This document shows, piece by piece, positions 18,209-28,396 of a stretch of 64,000 bases of DNA. The position numbers and the translations under genes are program-made. The notes below the pieces were generated by a model. The model searched no databases and was not told the origin of the DNA. It saw only the letters and a program-made list of their open reading frames with translations. The stretch is taken from positions 163,584-227,583 of the IMG/VR virus record IMGVR_UViG_3300042359_000853, one strand, 5' to 3'. How positions within the stretch are numbered: position 1 is the first letter of the stretch; each line of letters begins with the position of its first letter.

Positions 18209-19300
18209 ATGAAAATTATAGACACTTTTTTAGAGCTGACCTCTCAAACTTATCCACACGGTCACGAACGGGAACTTGAACGATTTTTACCGAAAGGTAT
18301 TTGTATCGATGAGTTTGGAAACTATTTTATGTATGTTGGAGATAAAACAACTACGACAATGTTTACTTGTCACTTAGATACCGCATCGTATGAAAAATCA
18401 AGAGTAACACATGTTATTCGTGATGATAAAATTTTTACCGATGGTCGAACCATTCTCGGAGCTGACGATAAATCTGGTATGACTATCCTTCTTTGGATGA
18501 TTCATAAAGGTGTTCAAGGTCTTTATTATTTTTTTCTAGGTGAAGAAAGAGGTTGTGTTGGTTCGGGAAAACTTAAAAGAGTATTTACCGAAATGTATCC
18601 ACTGATTACGAAAATAATTTCTTTCGATAGACGAGGCACACACTCGGTGATTACACACCAATCTTACGGAAGAACAGCCTCAGACGAGTTCGCTAGAGAT
18701 CTATCAAGGCGACTAAACGAAACCGGTTATGGTTTTAGGTATGAGCCGGATCCCACGGGTATTTACACCGATTCCAATCAGTTTGCCTCGATAGTTCCAG
18801 AATGCACAAATATTTCAGTAGGTTACCGAGACGAGCACTCAACTTATGAATCTCAAATTATTTCACACCTTGAAAATCTTTGCTACGCAGTTACTCAAAT
18901 TGATTGGGAATCAGTAGTAGTAGCTAGAGACCCTAAGGTAAAAGATAGTGGTTGGGGATACGACTATGGATATTGGGGGAGGAGCCAAAGCTATACTGAA
19001 CGAGATGAATGGTTCGATGATTACTTTAGTCAATCGGATAGTTCTACCTATTCTCACGGGAAAACTTACTATGACGGAATAACGATAGACGAATTCGGTG
19101 ATCCCGTTGATAGTAATGACGAAATTTCACTTGAAGATATTAAGATGGTCCTCGATAAAATGGAAGTCGAATACCAAAAAATCCACTGGAATGGTGAAGA
19201 ATGTTATGTTGAAATTGATGGTTCTATGCAGTATTTTGCCGATAGAGAAAACTTAGTTGATTTTATCGATTATTATCAACACTTCTCTAACCAAGAATAA
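18209..19300 (+). CDS. M28/M20-clan metallopeptidase (second copy)
   Basis: CHLDT, LGADDKSG, GEERG, SFDRR, DEHS; shares F..LT..TYPHGHE with the 9858 gene. Confidence 0.85.
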   Translation: MKIIDTFLELTSQTYPHGHERELERFLPKGICIDEFGNYFMYVGDKTTTTMFTCHLDTASYEKSRVTHVIRDDKIFTDGRTILGADDKSGMTILLWMIHKGVQGLYYFFLGEERGCVGSGKLKRVFTEMYPLITKIISFDRRGTHSVITHQSYGRTASDEFARDLSRRLNETGYGFRYEPDPTGIYTDSNQFASIVPECTNISVGYRDEHSTYESQIISHLENLCYAVTQIDWESVVVARDPKVKDSGWGYDYGYWGRSQSYTERDEWFDDYFSQSDSSTYSHGKTYYDGITIDEFGDPVDSNDEISLEDIKMVLDKMEVEYQKIHWNGEECYVEIDGSMQYFADRENLVDFIDYYQHFSNQE

Positions 19301-19472
19301 GTCCTGGGTTCTTGTATTCTCTGTTTTGAGAAATCTCTAAAAGTTGCTCGGTAGATAAATTTTCGGGGTTCCAACCTTTGTCTCTACAATACTGGTGAAT
19401 AAATCTTTCTCTTAGTAGAGAGATTTCTTCTTTTTTGAGTCCTGTTTCTGATTTGATTAGTTGGTCTTTCAT
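19287..19472 (-). CDS. Small hypothetical protein
   Basis: 61-aa ORF, divergent from 19525 across an ATATATA element. Confidence 0.55.
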   Translation of the reverse strand: MKDQLIKSETGLKKEEISLLRERFIHQYCRDKGWNPENLSTEQLLEISQNREYKNPGLILG

Positions 19473-19524
19473 AGTGGTTTTTTATTTTTTCTGGGAATAA
19501 TCCTTTTCATATATATAAAAATAT

Positions 19525-19896
19525 ATGATCATCACAAAAGAAATACGGGTAAAAATTACCGAGCAAAATATAAATCACTTTGAGAATCTCGGATATGAAA
19601 CAGCACTGGGAGAAGAAATATCCATACCGGTTGAACTACTTACTTCGGGAAGTCATCATAGAATTCGTTGTAAGTGTGATAGTTGTGGTATAGAAAAAGA
19701 TGTTATTTACAAGAACTATATCAAATACGATAATAACTGGGGAGAATATAAGTGTAGAAAGTGCTCTGAGTCAAAAAGAAAAGAATCACTAAAGAAATCT
19801 TTAGGTGTTGAATATCCAATACAAAACATTGAGATAAAAAAAAGAATATTATCTCGTTCAAGTGGCACGAAAGTCACTTCTAAACAACTAGATTAA
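19525..19896 (+). CDS. Zinc-ribbon protein (CxCDxC...CxxC) related to homing-endonuclease N-termini
   Basis: CKCDSCG and CRKC motifs; one KKSLGVEYPIQN repeat like those in the Hef-like ORFs. Confidence 0.6.
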   Translation: MIITKEIRVKITEQNINHFENLGYETALGEEISIPVELLTSGSHHRIRCKCDSCGIEKDVIYKNYIKYDNNWGEYKCRKCSESKRKESLKKSLGVEYPIQNIEIKKRILSRSSGTKVTSKQLD

Positions 19897-21599
19897 AACT
19901 CAAACTCTGTTCCGGGCTCTGGTGGAGTCTCAGTTCCACCTTGTGCTGGTGGTCCTTGTGCTGGTGGTCCTTGTGCTGGTGGCTCCTCTGTACCTGGTTC
20001 TGCTGGTGGCGTCTCTGCACCGGGTTCAGTAGCTCCACCCTCGGGAACACCACCCATATCCGGTGTTGCTTCTGATGAACCTTCTACTTTTTTATTTAAC
20101 CAATATCTTTCATTTTCATTTCTTTCTTCTTGAGAAAGACCATAGATATGTTCCATAAGATAATCAATATGGAAATAAGTTCTATCGTCTTTCATAAGAG
20201 AAAGAAGATTAGTAACAATAGATACTTTTTTATCCATATTTGACAGCTTTCTCCAATTCTCAAAAATTTGATTTACATTAAAAACAATATCACACTCATT
20301 TAAGAAAACTTCATCATCTTTGAGCTCGGGAAACTCCATACACATCTGAAGTCTTATGGGCTTAACGATGAGTTCTTTATAGATTGCACGAAGACGACCG
20401 ATAAAATTTCCAAATACAACTTCATCACGAGTCATCGAAGATATTTCTTCATAAATAGTTCCACCACCAGAGGTTTCATCAAATCTCTGAAAAGGAATTT
20501 TAGAAGCTGATTGAAGAGCTTTCTTAAAGTATCCAAGAATAACATCCTCGTTTAAGTTGTGACCTTGGGGTTGTTTAATTTCCATGGTAGGAGTTCCAGC
20601 ATCACTATCAGGAAACCAATATTGTTTGTTGTAGGGTAGATGTTTCGATCCACTAATCTGAAGAGTTCCTAGTGTATCATCCCATTCAACTTCTTCAGAG
20701 TAGTCAGAAATAAGTTGACCGATTTGCTCCTCTGCTCTTTGACGAGGAAGACCTTTCACAGGAATCGTAAATTGTTGATAAAGTGTAGCATTGATAACAT
20801 TGAACATTATTCTTGCTTGTTCAATAACTTTCAACTGGTTGTAAGGCTTGATAAGACCCTCAAGATAAGAAATCTCTGTGTAGTCGTTTTGTGTTGAATA
20901 AGAGATGAAGATTATCTGTGAATCAAGAAAAATTCTTCTTAGTTGTGGATCTTCGGGAAATTGAATCCAAAGATTTCCAATATTTGGTTCATAAGCTGGA
21001 ACTAATGTTTCCGGCTTTAATCTGTTGAAATGAACAACGTTTTGTTTTTTATCATCCCAAACAATTTCCATGGCTATGTAACCATCTATCAAAAAATCTT
21101 TCATTAGATTGAAAGCTGTTATGCCATCATTAAATCCGTATTTGTTATATATTTTCTCGAAAAACTCTTGATATTTATCTCTAATTTCTTGTGAATACGA
21201 GGCGGATATGTTTTTTGGTGTACAAAAATCTTTCTCACTATAAATAATTGCCTCTTCGGCTACTCTTGAAACATAATCTCTCAGGTAATCTTTGATCGAA
21301 TATTCACGAAGTATTCTTCTTTTATCAATATAAGCTCTATCAAGATAAGGTATTGATTTTTTGTTTAATACACTAGCAACTGCTCTTTGTGAGAAAAAAT
21401 CATAATACGATCCATCTTTTTGAGAATATGGATCCTCATTCATATTTACACCCACGGTGTTTCTTAAGATCATATCGTCGTATTTCATACCCCATGAACT
21501 CAAATTTCTTAAAAGTCGTGAGAAAAGACCACGATTTTCGACTGATGAACTCATTATCAGTCCAGAGCCTTCTCTATTTTGAGGATTGTATGATGCCAT
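19893..21599 (-). CDS. Portal protein (T4 gp20-like)
   Basis: FLIDGYIAME, SYLEGLIKPYNQLKVIEQARI, YFKKALQSASKIPFQRF, RDEVVFGNFIGRLR; Pro/Gly/acidic tail. Confidence 0.9.
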   Translation of the reverse strand: MASYNPQNREGSGLIMSSSVENRGLFSRLLRNLSSWGMKYDDMILRNTVGVNMNEDPYSQKDGSYYDFFSQRAVASVLNKKSIPYLDRAYIDKRRILREYSIKDYLRDYVSRVAEEAIIYSEKDFCTPKNISASYSQEIRDKYQEFFEKIYNKYGFNDGITAFNLMKDFLIDGYIAMEIVWDDKKQNVVHFNRLKPETLVPAYEPNIGNLWIQFPEDPQLRRIFLDSQIIFISYSTQNDYTEISYLEGLIKPYNQLKVIEQARIMFNVINATLYQQFTIPVKGLPRQRAEEQIGQLISDYSEEVEWDDTLGTLQISGSKHLPYNKQYWFPDSDAGTPTMEIKQPQGHNLNEDVILGYFKKALQSASKIPFQRFDETSGGGTIYEEISSMTRDEVVFGNFIGRLRAIYKELIVKPIRLQMCMEFPELKDDEVFLNECDIVFNVNQIFENWRKLSNMDKKVSIVTNLLSLMKDDRTYFHIDYLMEHIYGLSQEERNENERYWLNKKVEGSSEATPDMGGVPEGGATEPGAETPPAEPGTEEPPAQGPPAQGPPAQGGTETPPEPGTEFEF

Positions 21600-21639
21600 T
21601 AAAACTTTTAATCTTTATTTTTATATATTAAAATTTTGG

Positions 21640-22332
21640 TTATTGGTTGAACTTTTCTAAGTTTCTCTGGATTCTATCGTATCTTTCTTTTAACTCAACT
21701 GGAGTAAAGTTCTTACCCTCGGCTTCTTTATAGAGCTGCTCAAGAGATAACCTTTTCATTTCTGCGTCTCTTTGTTGTTGTTTATCTTTCTTGGCGAGCA
21801 TAATCTCGTATAATTTTTTTGGATCATATTTATTGATAGGGTGACCAGCGTATAGAAATCTTGGAACTAGATTGGTATTGATTCTGTGAGATTGAGTGAG
21901 CTGTGCCATATTATACTCCATGAGGCTATATTCAAATCCTATTTGTAAAAGTTTATTGTAGATGCCTTGAAAATCGACCGGTAGATCACGATTTTTTGTA
22001 AAATCATCCTCTATCATATAATCATCAAATATTCTCGCACGAAACTCTAGTGGTATAAAATTCAAGTTCAGAGCTAGTATAACAATTTTATTCTCAAATT
22101 TCTTGAACTCTACCGTAAATACCGGTGAATAACTCATCCAATTAGATTCATCTCGATAATGAAAAAAATAAAAACCACCGAAACTAATCTCACGAAAGGG
22201 AATGTTCTGGACCTCTTTATCACTACCTCGATATTTATTATAAAAAAATACAGAATTATTTTTATAGGCATCTGCGGTAGATACCTTTTTTAGATTATTA
22301 TCTGATTGAACTTTATCTAGAAGAATTCCCAT
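21640..22332 (-). CDS. DNA end protector protein (T4 gp2-like)
   Basis: FYFFHY...YSPVF...LALNLNFIPLEFRA parallels the gp2 F.Y....Y..FPL.....GLNLHYLP..R pattern; adjacent to gp4; start moved to MGILLDK at 22332. Confidence 0.6.
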   Translation of the reverse strand: MGILLDKVQSDNNLKKVSTADAYKNNSVFFYNKYRGSDKEVQNIPFREISFGGFYFFHYRDESNWMSYSPVFTVEFKKFENKIVILALNLNFIPLEFRARIFDDYMIEDDFTKNRDLPVDFQGIYNKLLQIGFEYSLMEYNMAQLTQSHRINTNLVPRFLYAGHPINKYDPKKLYEIMLAKKDKQQQRDAEMKRLSLEQLYKEAEGKNFTPVELKERYDRIQRNLEKFNQ

Positions 22333-22351
22333 TTCTTCTATATATAAAGAT
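22333..22351. promoter_or_regulatory. Type example of the recurrent (A)ATATATA upstream element (putative late promoter, bidirectional)
   Basis: 19-nt gap between the divergent gp2-like and gp4-like starts contains CTATATATAAAG; the same element occurs upstream of more than 25 genes. Confidence 0.65.
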
Positions 22352-22858
22352 ATGTTAAACCAAAAACCTACTAACACACAGAAATACCATCAAGGATTGT
22401 ATATTCCACAGAATCGTGATAAACTCATTAAAGCTAACAACGAAGGTGGCGTCTATTATAGAAGTGGTCTTGAGAAAAAAATGATGATCTATCTAGATCT
22501 TAATGATAAAATTTCAAGGTGGTGCTCAGAATATATTAAAATACCTTATGAGAAAACCGAATGGAGTTCTGTAAGAAAAGATTTTGAGACAACCCAACAT
22601 ACTTATTATCCTGATTTTTACTATGAACTTTATAAATCAGACGGTAGTCTTTCTAAAGTTGTAGCAGAGGTTAAACCACGCTCAGAAACAATTGAGCCAG
22701 TAATCAAGGAAAACATGACCTCGAAACAGATAAGAAATCTCGAATACAGCTTAAAAACATATAATAAAAACCTACAAAAGTGGAAGTATATGATAGAATA
22801 TTGTCAGAGAAAAGGGTTCGAGTTCATTATTATCACCGAAGAACATTTAGGAAATTGA
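22352..22858 (+). CDS. Head completion nuclease (T4 gp4-like, TnsA-type)
   Basis: YRSGLE..MM.YLD, WCSE...IPY, HTYYPDF, AEVKP, K.....EYC...GFEF.IITE. Confidence 0.88.
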   Translation: MLNQKPTNTQKYHQGLYIPQNRDKLIKANNEGGVYYRSGLEKKMMIYLDLNDKISRWCSEYIKIPYEKTEWSSVRKDFETTQHTYYPDFYYELYKSDGSLSKVVAEVKPRSETIEPVIKENMTSKQIRNLEYSLKTYNKNLQKWKYMIEYCQRKGFEFIIITEEHLGN

Positions 22859-24364
22859 GGGTCTTTTCCAGATCCATTTATCTTGACCACATCCCCAAAT
22901 TCTATAATAATTTTGTGAATGCATGATTTGAACTTCAGTAAGTGTTGAATCATGGCCTAGACTAACTAATTTTCTTTTATTGTAACCAAACCGATGTTTT
23001 CTCAAACCATCGACCACCCACCAGTAGTTCAATCCACTATTCTTATCAAAAATGAATCCGAGTCTAGAATATACTTCACCAGAATATAGGGAAAGATCTG
23101 CGTAGGTTTTGATCTCTTCAATATTTGTGTTATTTCTGATAAAATATTCGAACAATCTAGATGCCGAACCAGTGACCTGATAATCAATACCGTTACAAAA
23201 TCTTAGAAGTTCATATTCTTTTTTTCCATTGATCCAACGAAAGCCAAAAGTCATTAAGCTTACTAATCTATCTTCATAAAAAAGACCCAACGCTGTTGAA
23301 TAGTTGGAATAACCTTGTATATGATTATCATTTAAAAACTTAGAAACTATTTCTCTTTGAGTTACCCCTTTAATTTGGCATTTTCTAGCAAATATTCTAT
23401 TTTTAGATTTTTTACATCTATTTAATAAAATAGATTTAAGAACTTCTTTTCTATTTTTCCAGTCATCCTCCCAGATATGTATAAGTTGAACGCCTCTTTC
23501 TTTACATAAGTTTGTTTTCGTGAGATGATAGTTTTTATCTTTTTTAAATTCACTATGCCAATAAAGTCTGTTGAACTCAATAGCGAGATTGTGATCTGGT
23601 ATATAAATATCAAGAAGTAGAGGTGAAATAAGATCTCTTTCACTAATTTTATGGTTGATTTCTTTTTCGTTTAGAAAAGAAGAAATTTCATCTTCAAATT
23701 TACTTCTATTGTATGATTTTATATTATCTCTTGAATGTTTTGTGTTCAAGTATGTTTCAACTCCGTATTTTATGAGGCAAGTTTGTTTTATTTTTTCTTT
23801 GACCTGGTCGAGTTCTAGCTGGTGATTGACGCCCCATCTTTCTAAGTAATATTTTTTTGTTTTCAATTTAAATTCTTCAGTCTTAAAGTAATGATCTGTT
23901 CCCCATTTTTCAAGTGCCGTTTTCTTGTATTTTTCTTGTATTTCTGGGTTTTGAAAACTAGATTTATGACCCCATCTCTCTAGGTTAGTTTCTTCCTGTC
24001 TTTTTTTGATGGTATCTGACTTAGAAACGTTATCCACACCCCACTTTTCTATCGAGGTATTCATTCTCTTCTCTTTTGTAGATTGATCTGTGGCTGAACA
24101 TTTTGCTGAACAAAAGTCCCTATATCCATCTCTCCAGTTACGGTGAAAAGAGGTTTTACTCCCACACTTACAAGTATAATACTTCGGTTGGTTCGATACC
24201 CAATGCCAAATTTTCTGGATAAAGGGTAAGTCTTCAATATTTTTACAAAAACTTACGATCTCTTTGTATAGATCAGAGAAATTATTTCTGAGGAAATTTT
24301 CTCGTAATCTAACAGAGTGACCTTGTGTGACTTCATTTATCTTATTTAATCTTAGTTCATCCAT
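22847..24364 (-). CDS. Free-standing Hef-like homing endonuclease (E(K/R)WGV repeats + PD-(D/E)xK-like domain + C-terminal ARKC domain)
   Basis: Repeats IEKWGVDN/LERWGHKS/LEKWGTDH; LDIYIPDHNLAIEFNRLYWHS; IHIWEDDW; ARKCQI...NHIQG. Confidence 0.75.
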   Translation of the reverse strand: MDELRLNKINEVTQGHSVRLRENFLRNNFSDLYKEIVSFCKNIEDLPFIQKIWHWVSNQPKYYTCKCGSKTSFHRNWRDGYRDFCSAKCSATDQSTKEKRMNTSIEKWGVDNVSKSDTIKKRQEETNLERWGHKSSFQNPEIQEKYKKTALEKWGTDHYFKTEEFKLKTKKYYLERWGVNHQLELDQVKEKIKQTCLIKYGVETYLNTKHSRDNIKSYNRSKFEDEISSFLNEKEINHKISERDLISPLLLDIYIPDHNLAIEFNRLYWHSEFKKDKNYHLTKTNLCKERGVQLIHIWEDDWKNRKEVLKSILLNRCKKSKNRIFARKCQIKGVTQREIVSKFLNDNHIQGYSNYSTALGLFYEDRLVSLMTFGFRWINGKKEYELLRFCNGIDYQVTGSASRLFEYFIRNNTNIEEIKTYADLSLYSGEVYSRLGFIFDKNSGLNYWWVVDGLRKHRFGYNKRKLVSLGHDSTLTEVQIMHSQNYYRIWGCGQDKWIWKRPSIS

Positions 24365-24403
24365 AGACGAGGAGCGAATGTTTCATATTATATATATAGA
24401 AAT

Positions 24404-24433
24404 AAAAAAAGTCCCTCTTTTGGAGGGACTTTT
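24404..24433 (-). terminator. Terminator after major capsid gene
   Basis: aaaaaaagtccctc-ttttg-gagggactttt hairpin. Confidence 0.85.
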
Positions 24434-24455
24434 TCTTTTTTTGATTACAAGAAGG

Positions 24456-26114
24456 TTAGTTCAAGTATCCATTGGCGTCAGTAACGACCATAGTCATATA
24501 CTGCTTTTGTGGATACCAACCTACTTCAGTTACAGCGTATCTAGATCTTAAAAGCATTCTTGGTGCGAATGTAGCTTCTGAGATAATACTGATGGATTGT
24601 GCCATCAAGTAAGGAACAAAGATGATACCTGGTTGATCAGGGTTGTTCTTTCTTCCGATTACGATTCTGTTGTCGTTATACTTCATATAAGGATCAACAT
24701 ATACGGTGATATCACCAATTTGACCTACTGGGTAAAGCTGACCAGAACCACTCAATTTTGATTTTAGAGGGTTGATAGTATAACCAGCGATGTCCATAAG
24801 CGATGCAGCTAGACCTCCGTTTGTTACAGCGAATTGAGCTGGACCAACACGACCTTCTGTGGCTATGAAGTTAGATGCATGAACCATTTTGGTGATAAGT
24901 TTTCTCTGATAGGCGTGTGTTGTTTCACCACCTGGTGCGGTAGCATAACTTGTATTATAGTCGAAGATAGAAGCACCACCCCTTGTAGGAGCAGAAGTTC
25001 TGTTGAGGTTACCCATTTCGAAAATCTTAAATACAATTTGCTTAGAGATAGTCTGTGAAAGTTCATTCACAAGGATACTTTCCATTTTTTGAGTGATATC
25101 CATACCAGTGTTGGCTTTGATATCCTCAATTTCAGTTCTTCTAAGAGCTGATGATACTTCAATTGTACCTACAGCAACCGACTTAGTAGAAACTTTTGGT
25201 CCGATTACACCTGCGTATGAGTTGTCATCGTCACCACGACCCATTGGGTAATCACCAGAAGCAGAAGCTCCTGTCCAGTTTGCTGAGAAACCAGGAATGT
25301 GATCTTCAAGTGCTGAAACAAGTTCAACAGTAACACCAGATGCAGTTACACCAGCGATGTTACGAATTTGAGCTGCGATAGTAGCAGTTGGGCCAAATGT
25401 GTTTTTTGCTTGATCATATACGTTTAGAGATGTGAATGCTGACAAATTAGCCGAACCAACAGCGTTTGTTTGTCTGTAGGCTCTGAACATTGGGTATCCA
25501 TCGATACGTGAGAAACCTAAGAATTCAACAAGACCTTCTTTATTGTCAGAAGCAGCAGGTATAGCTTGAGTCATAGCTGTAGAGTTGAATACATTATCAA
25601 AAATTCTACCACCGGATAGACCACCAGTTGTTTCTGTGATGGCTGGGCTAGCACCTGCTAAAGAAGCTGTGATACCTGCTTTGATGGCATCCAAGTTTGA
25701 GGCATTAACCTTGAAAACTTGTGGTCTGCCTTCATTTTCTTCATCTACATCATCGTATCTGAAATCGATGAATAGAAGTTCAATTCTTGGGCCAGGGGTT
25801 GGTTTTACAGCTACAAGGTCAAGACCGATTGTTTGAGCTGCGATTTTCATAGCAACTGGTAGTAGATTCTGAGCTACGTCACCCGAACCAGGAGTTGCGT
25901 TGATGGTTTGACCAGCGAAGCTGGCTGGGTTTGGAGCTAATACGCTACCCATACCTTGAATACCTGCGTTTACGTAGGCATTTTCATTGATTGAGTGATA
26001 TTCAGCATATTCTGACATCCAACCCAAACGTTCACTATCTGTGACACCCATGTTCTCTAGAACAGGAGACCACTTCTTAAGTGCTTTTTGTGAATCAATT
26101 CTTATGTGAGACAT
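24456..26114 (-). CDS. Major capsid protein (T4 gp23-like)
   Basis: KKWSPVLE, SINE maturation site, AAQTIGLDLVAVKP..GP, ELSQTISKQI, VYVDPY, G.IFVPYL, RYAV. Confidence 0.93.
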   Translation of the reverse strand: MSHIRIDSQKALKKWSPVLENMGVTDSERLGWMSEYAEYHSINENAYVNAGIQGMGSVLAPNPASFAGQTINATPGSGDVAQNLLPVAMKIAAQTIGLDLVAVKPTPGPRIELLFIDFRYDDVDEENEGRPQVFKVNASNLDAIKAGITASLAGASPAITETTGGLSGGRIFDNVFNSTAMTQAIPAASDNKEGLVEFLGFSRIDGYPMFRAYRQTNAVGSANLSAFTSLNVYDQAKNTFGPTATIAAQIRNIAGVTASGVTVELVSALEDHIPGFSANWTGASASGDYPMGRGDDDNSYAGVIGPKVSTKSVAVGTIEVSSALRRTEIEDIKANTGMDITQKMESILVNELSQTISKQIVFKIFEMGNLNRTSAPTRGGASIFDYNTSYATAPGGETTHAYQRKLITKMVHASNFIATEGRVGPAQFAVTNGGLAASLMDIAGYTINPLKSKLSGSGQLYPVGQIGDITVYVDPYMKYNDNRIVIGRKNNPDQPGIIFVPYLMAQSISIISEATFAPRMLLRSRYAVTEVGWYPQKQYMTMVVTDANGYLN

Positions 26115-26188
26115 TTTTTTATTTTTTTTTGTTTTATATATTCCTTAAAAAACCATACTTTTTACAGAGGTGGATTTTTTATTGAATA

Positions 26189-28318
26189 TTAGATACTTTT
26201 GAATCTTTCTAGTATAGATCCGATTTCTTTTTCACTTAGTCTATCTTCTTGAATAAGAGCTTCGTGAGAAACTAACTTCTTAGAAGTTTGTTCTTTTTTG
26301 AATTGTCTTGTGTTCCAGAAGTGTTCAACTTTAAGTTCAGAATCAAGTTCTGGATAAAGTTTAGCTTGTGAAATAATCGATTTCTTACTTGATTCATCGA
26401 TCTTTGTCCAGATTGGCTTTATGTTATCAGGCATCAATCTGATTAGTCTTTCTTCTAAAGACTCGTTTTTGGCCGATAGAGCCTCGTTGATTAGTCTTAA
26501 AACCTCACCACCAGTAAAATAACTTCTTTCGTTTACATAAAGTTTTACTGTTTCCTGCTCTTCATTTGTAAGATTGTGGAAACTATCTACTTGTGTTTTG
26601 TTAAGGAATTTTAAGAAATTCAAATCATTATTCTCAGAAACTTTTCTTTTTTTAGCTTCTAAAATCAGTTTATCTATTTGTTTTGATAATTTAGATTCAT
26701 TGTAAACAGGGTTCTCTTCTTCTTCGAGTGGATCGGTTTCGATAGTATCTTCATCGTAACCACACTCCTCACAACCTTCTGTGTCCATATAGTATGCAGA
26801 AGTTGATTTTGGAAGATCTCCTTTCATTTTGCCATACATCGGAAGTTCTTCTTCTTCGTTTGGTTCGTCTGTTGGCATTTCATCCATAGCAACTACCTCT
26901 TCTTCTTCAAATCCGAAGTCTTCAAGTGTTGGAATAATTTTACCACCTTTTGATTCATTGATTCTTGAACCATTTAATTTTTCTGAAATAAGTCCAGCAT
27001 AAGAAATTGTCTTATCAACATTTTCAGCTAGATACTCAGAATAAGCGATGTTATCATCTAGATGCTCGGCGATGTATTCAGAGTAAGCGATGTTACCATC
27101 AAGGTTCTCAGCGATATACTCAGAATAAGCAATAGAGTTATCTAGATTTTCAGCTAGATATTCAGAGTAAGCGATGTTTGTATCAAGGTTCTCAGCAATA
27201 TACTCTGCGTATTTGATACTACTTTCTAGATTCTCAGCAATGTATTCTGAGTAGGAGATATTTCTATCCAAGTTCTCAGCTAGGTATTCTGAATAAGAAA
27301 TATTTCTATCCAAATTCTCGGCTAAATATTTAGAGTAAGAGATATTTCTATCTACGTTCTCAGCTAGATACTCAGAGTAAGAAATGTTCTTGTCTAGATT
27401 TTCGGCTAGATATTCCGAATAGTTGATTGCTTTTTCTAGATTTTCGGCTAGGTAATCGTTGTGAGAAATGATTTTCTCAGTTTTTGTTCTCAAGTCTTTG
27501 TTTTCATTAACAACAACTTGAATTTTCTCAGCTAGATAATCTAAATATTTAACTACTTGGCCGTTAGTCTTATTAAGTTCTTCATAATACTCAATAAGTT
27601 TTTCAACTTTCTTAGGTTCAACACTACCTTTGGTGATAGCTGTTTTTACCTGTTGCTTTGTTGAAGCGATTTCATTAATTAGATAATTAGAATAGTCCGT
27701 GAGTTGTCTTTTTGTAACAAATTCATTTTTGTTCATATTAAAAAGTTCATTTATTTTGGACTCGTTGGATACTTCGTATATCCTAAAGTTGCTTTTATTA
27801 TTAAATCCTAGGGATTCATTGATCGAAGACATACGAGCTGATGCAAATCCAGGATCTGCTACGATATCGTAAGTAAATAGTTTCTTGAGTGTTACTGATC
27901 CGTCGGATTCAGTAATACCAGCTGCTCTTGAGGAAACAAAGATTGGGCAACCATCATCAACAAGTGACTTAGCTTCTTTACCCCAATAAGTAGAAAGTAG
28001 TTTAATTCTACCATCAACTCTGTTTTCATTTTTGAGATATTTTGCCTCTAAAACAAGGTGTGAAGCTCTAGAAAGAGATGTATCAAAAACATCTGGGTGA
28101 TCAAATTCGCCATAGACGACACCCATGTTTTGAATTCTTTCTGTTAGTTCAGTTAAGGCCGGAACGAATTTATCGGCTGTGTATATCCTCTCATTTCTGT
28201 TCTTTTTATCGAACTCGGTGAAGATACCACCTAGAACATAACTGTTTTTTTGTGATGTTGCACTCTCATTGACCTCTAAAGGATTAGTGTTGTTTTCAAC
28301 AATTAATATTGGTTTCAT
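26189..28318 (-). CDS. Prohead core protease (gp21-like) fused to a scaffold-like repeat/coiled-coil region
   Basis: LGGIF...KNRNERIY, GEFDHP, SH, VSSRAAG, FTYDIVADPGF; 709 aa versus ~210 aa for T4 gp21. Confidence 0.88.
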   Translation of the reverse strand: MKPILIVENNTNPLEVNESATSQKNSYVLGGIFTEFDKKNRNERIYTADKFVPALTELTERIQNMGVVYGEFDHPDVFDTSLSRASHLVLEAKYLKNENRVDGRIKLLSTYWGKEAKSLVDDGCPIFVSSRAAGITESDGSVTLKKLFTYDIVADPGFASARMSSINESLGFNNKSNFRIYEVSNESKINELFNMNKNEFVTKRQLTDYSNYLINEIASTKQQVKTAITKGSVEPKKVEKLIEYYEELNKTNGQVVKYLDYLAEKIQVVVNENKDLRTKTEKIISHNDYLAENLEKAINYSEYLAENLDKNISYSEYLAENVDRNISYSKYLAENLDRNISYSEYLAENLDRNISYSEYIAENLESSIKYAEYIAENLDTNIAYSEYLAENLDNSIAYSEYIAENLDGNIAYSEYIAEHLDDNIAYSEYLAENVDKTISYAGLISEKLNGSRINESKGGKIIPTLEDFGFEEEEVVAMDEMPTDEPNEEEELPMYGKMKGDLPKSTSAYYMDTEGCEECGYDEDTIETDPLEEEENPVYNESKLSKQIDKLILEAKKRKVSENNDLNFLKFLNKTQVDSFHNLTNEEQETVKLYVNERSYFTGGEVLRLINEALSAKNESLEERLIRLMPDNIKPIWTKIDESSKKSIISQAKLYPELDSELKVEHFWNTRQFKKEQTSKKLVSHEALIQEDRLSEKEIGSILERFKSI
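26987..27448 (-). repeat. Eleven tandem 42-nt / 14-aa repeats (AENLDxNIxYSEYL)
   Basis: Counted in the translated protease ORF. Confidence 0.9.
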
Positions 28319-28347
28319 GAAGGCTTTTTTTTGTTTATATATTAATT

Positions 28348-28380
28348 AAAAAATCCACTATTAAAGAAGGTGGATTTTTT
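28348..28380. terminator. Hairpin / probable terminator between Hef-like gene and protease promoter
   Basis: aaaaaatccac-tattaaagaag-gtggatttttt. Confidence 0.6.
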
Positions 28381-28396
28381 ATATAAACTCAAAAAC

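Noticed and set aside
22333-22377. Overlapping divergent gp2/gp4 starts from the ORF track (similarly 5219, 36523, 53049)
   Set aside because: The extensions run through promoter-like or terminator elements; downstream in-frame ATGs fit better.
26987-27448. CRISPR-like periodic repeat
   Set aside because: Degenerate 42-nt tandem units without unique spacers, in frame inside the protease gene, varying mostly at synonymous positions.
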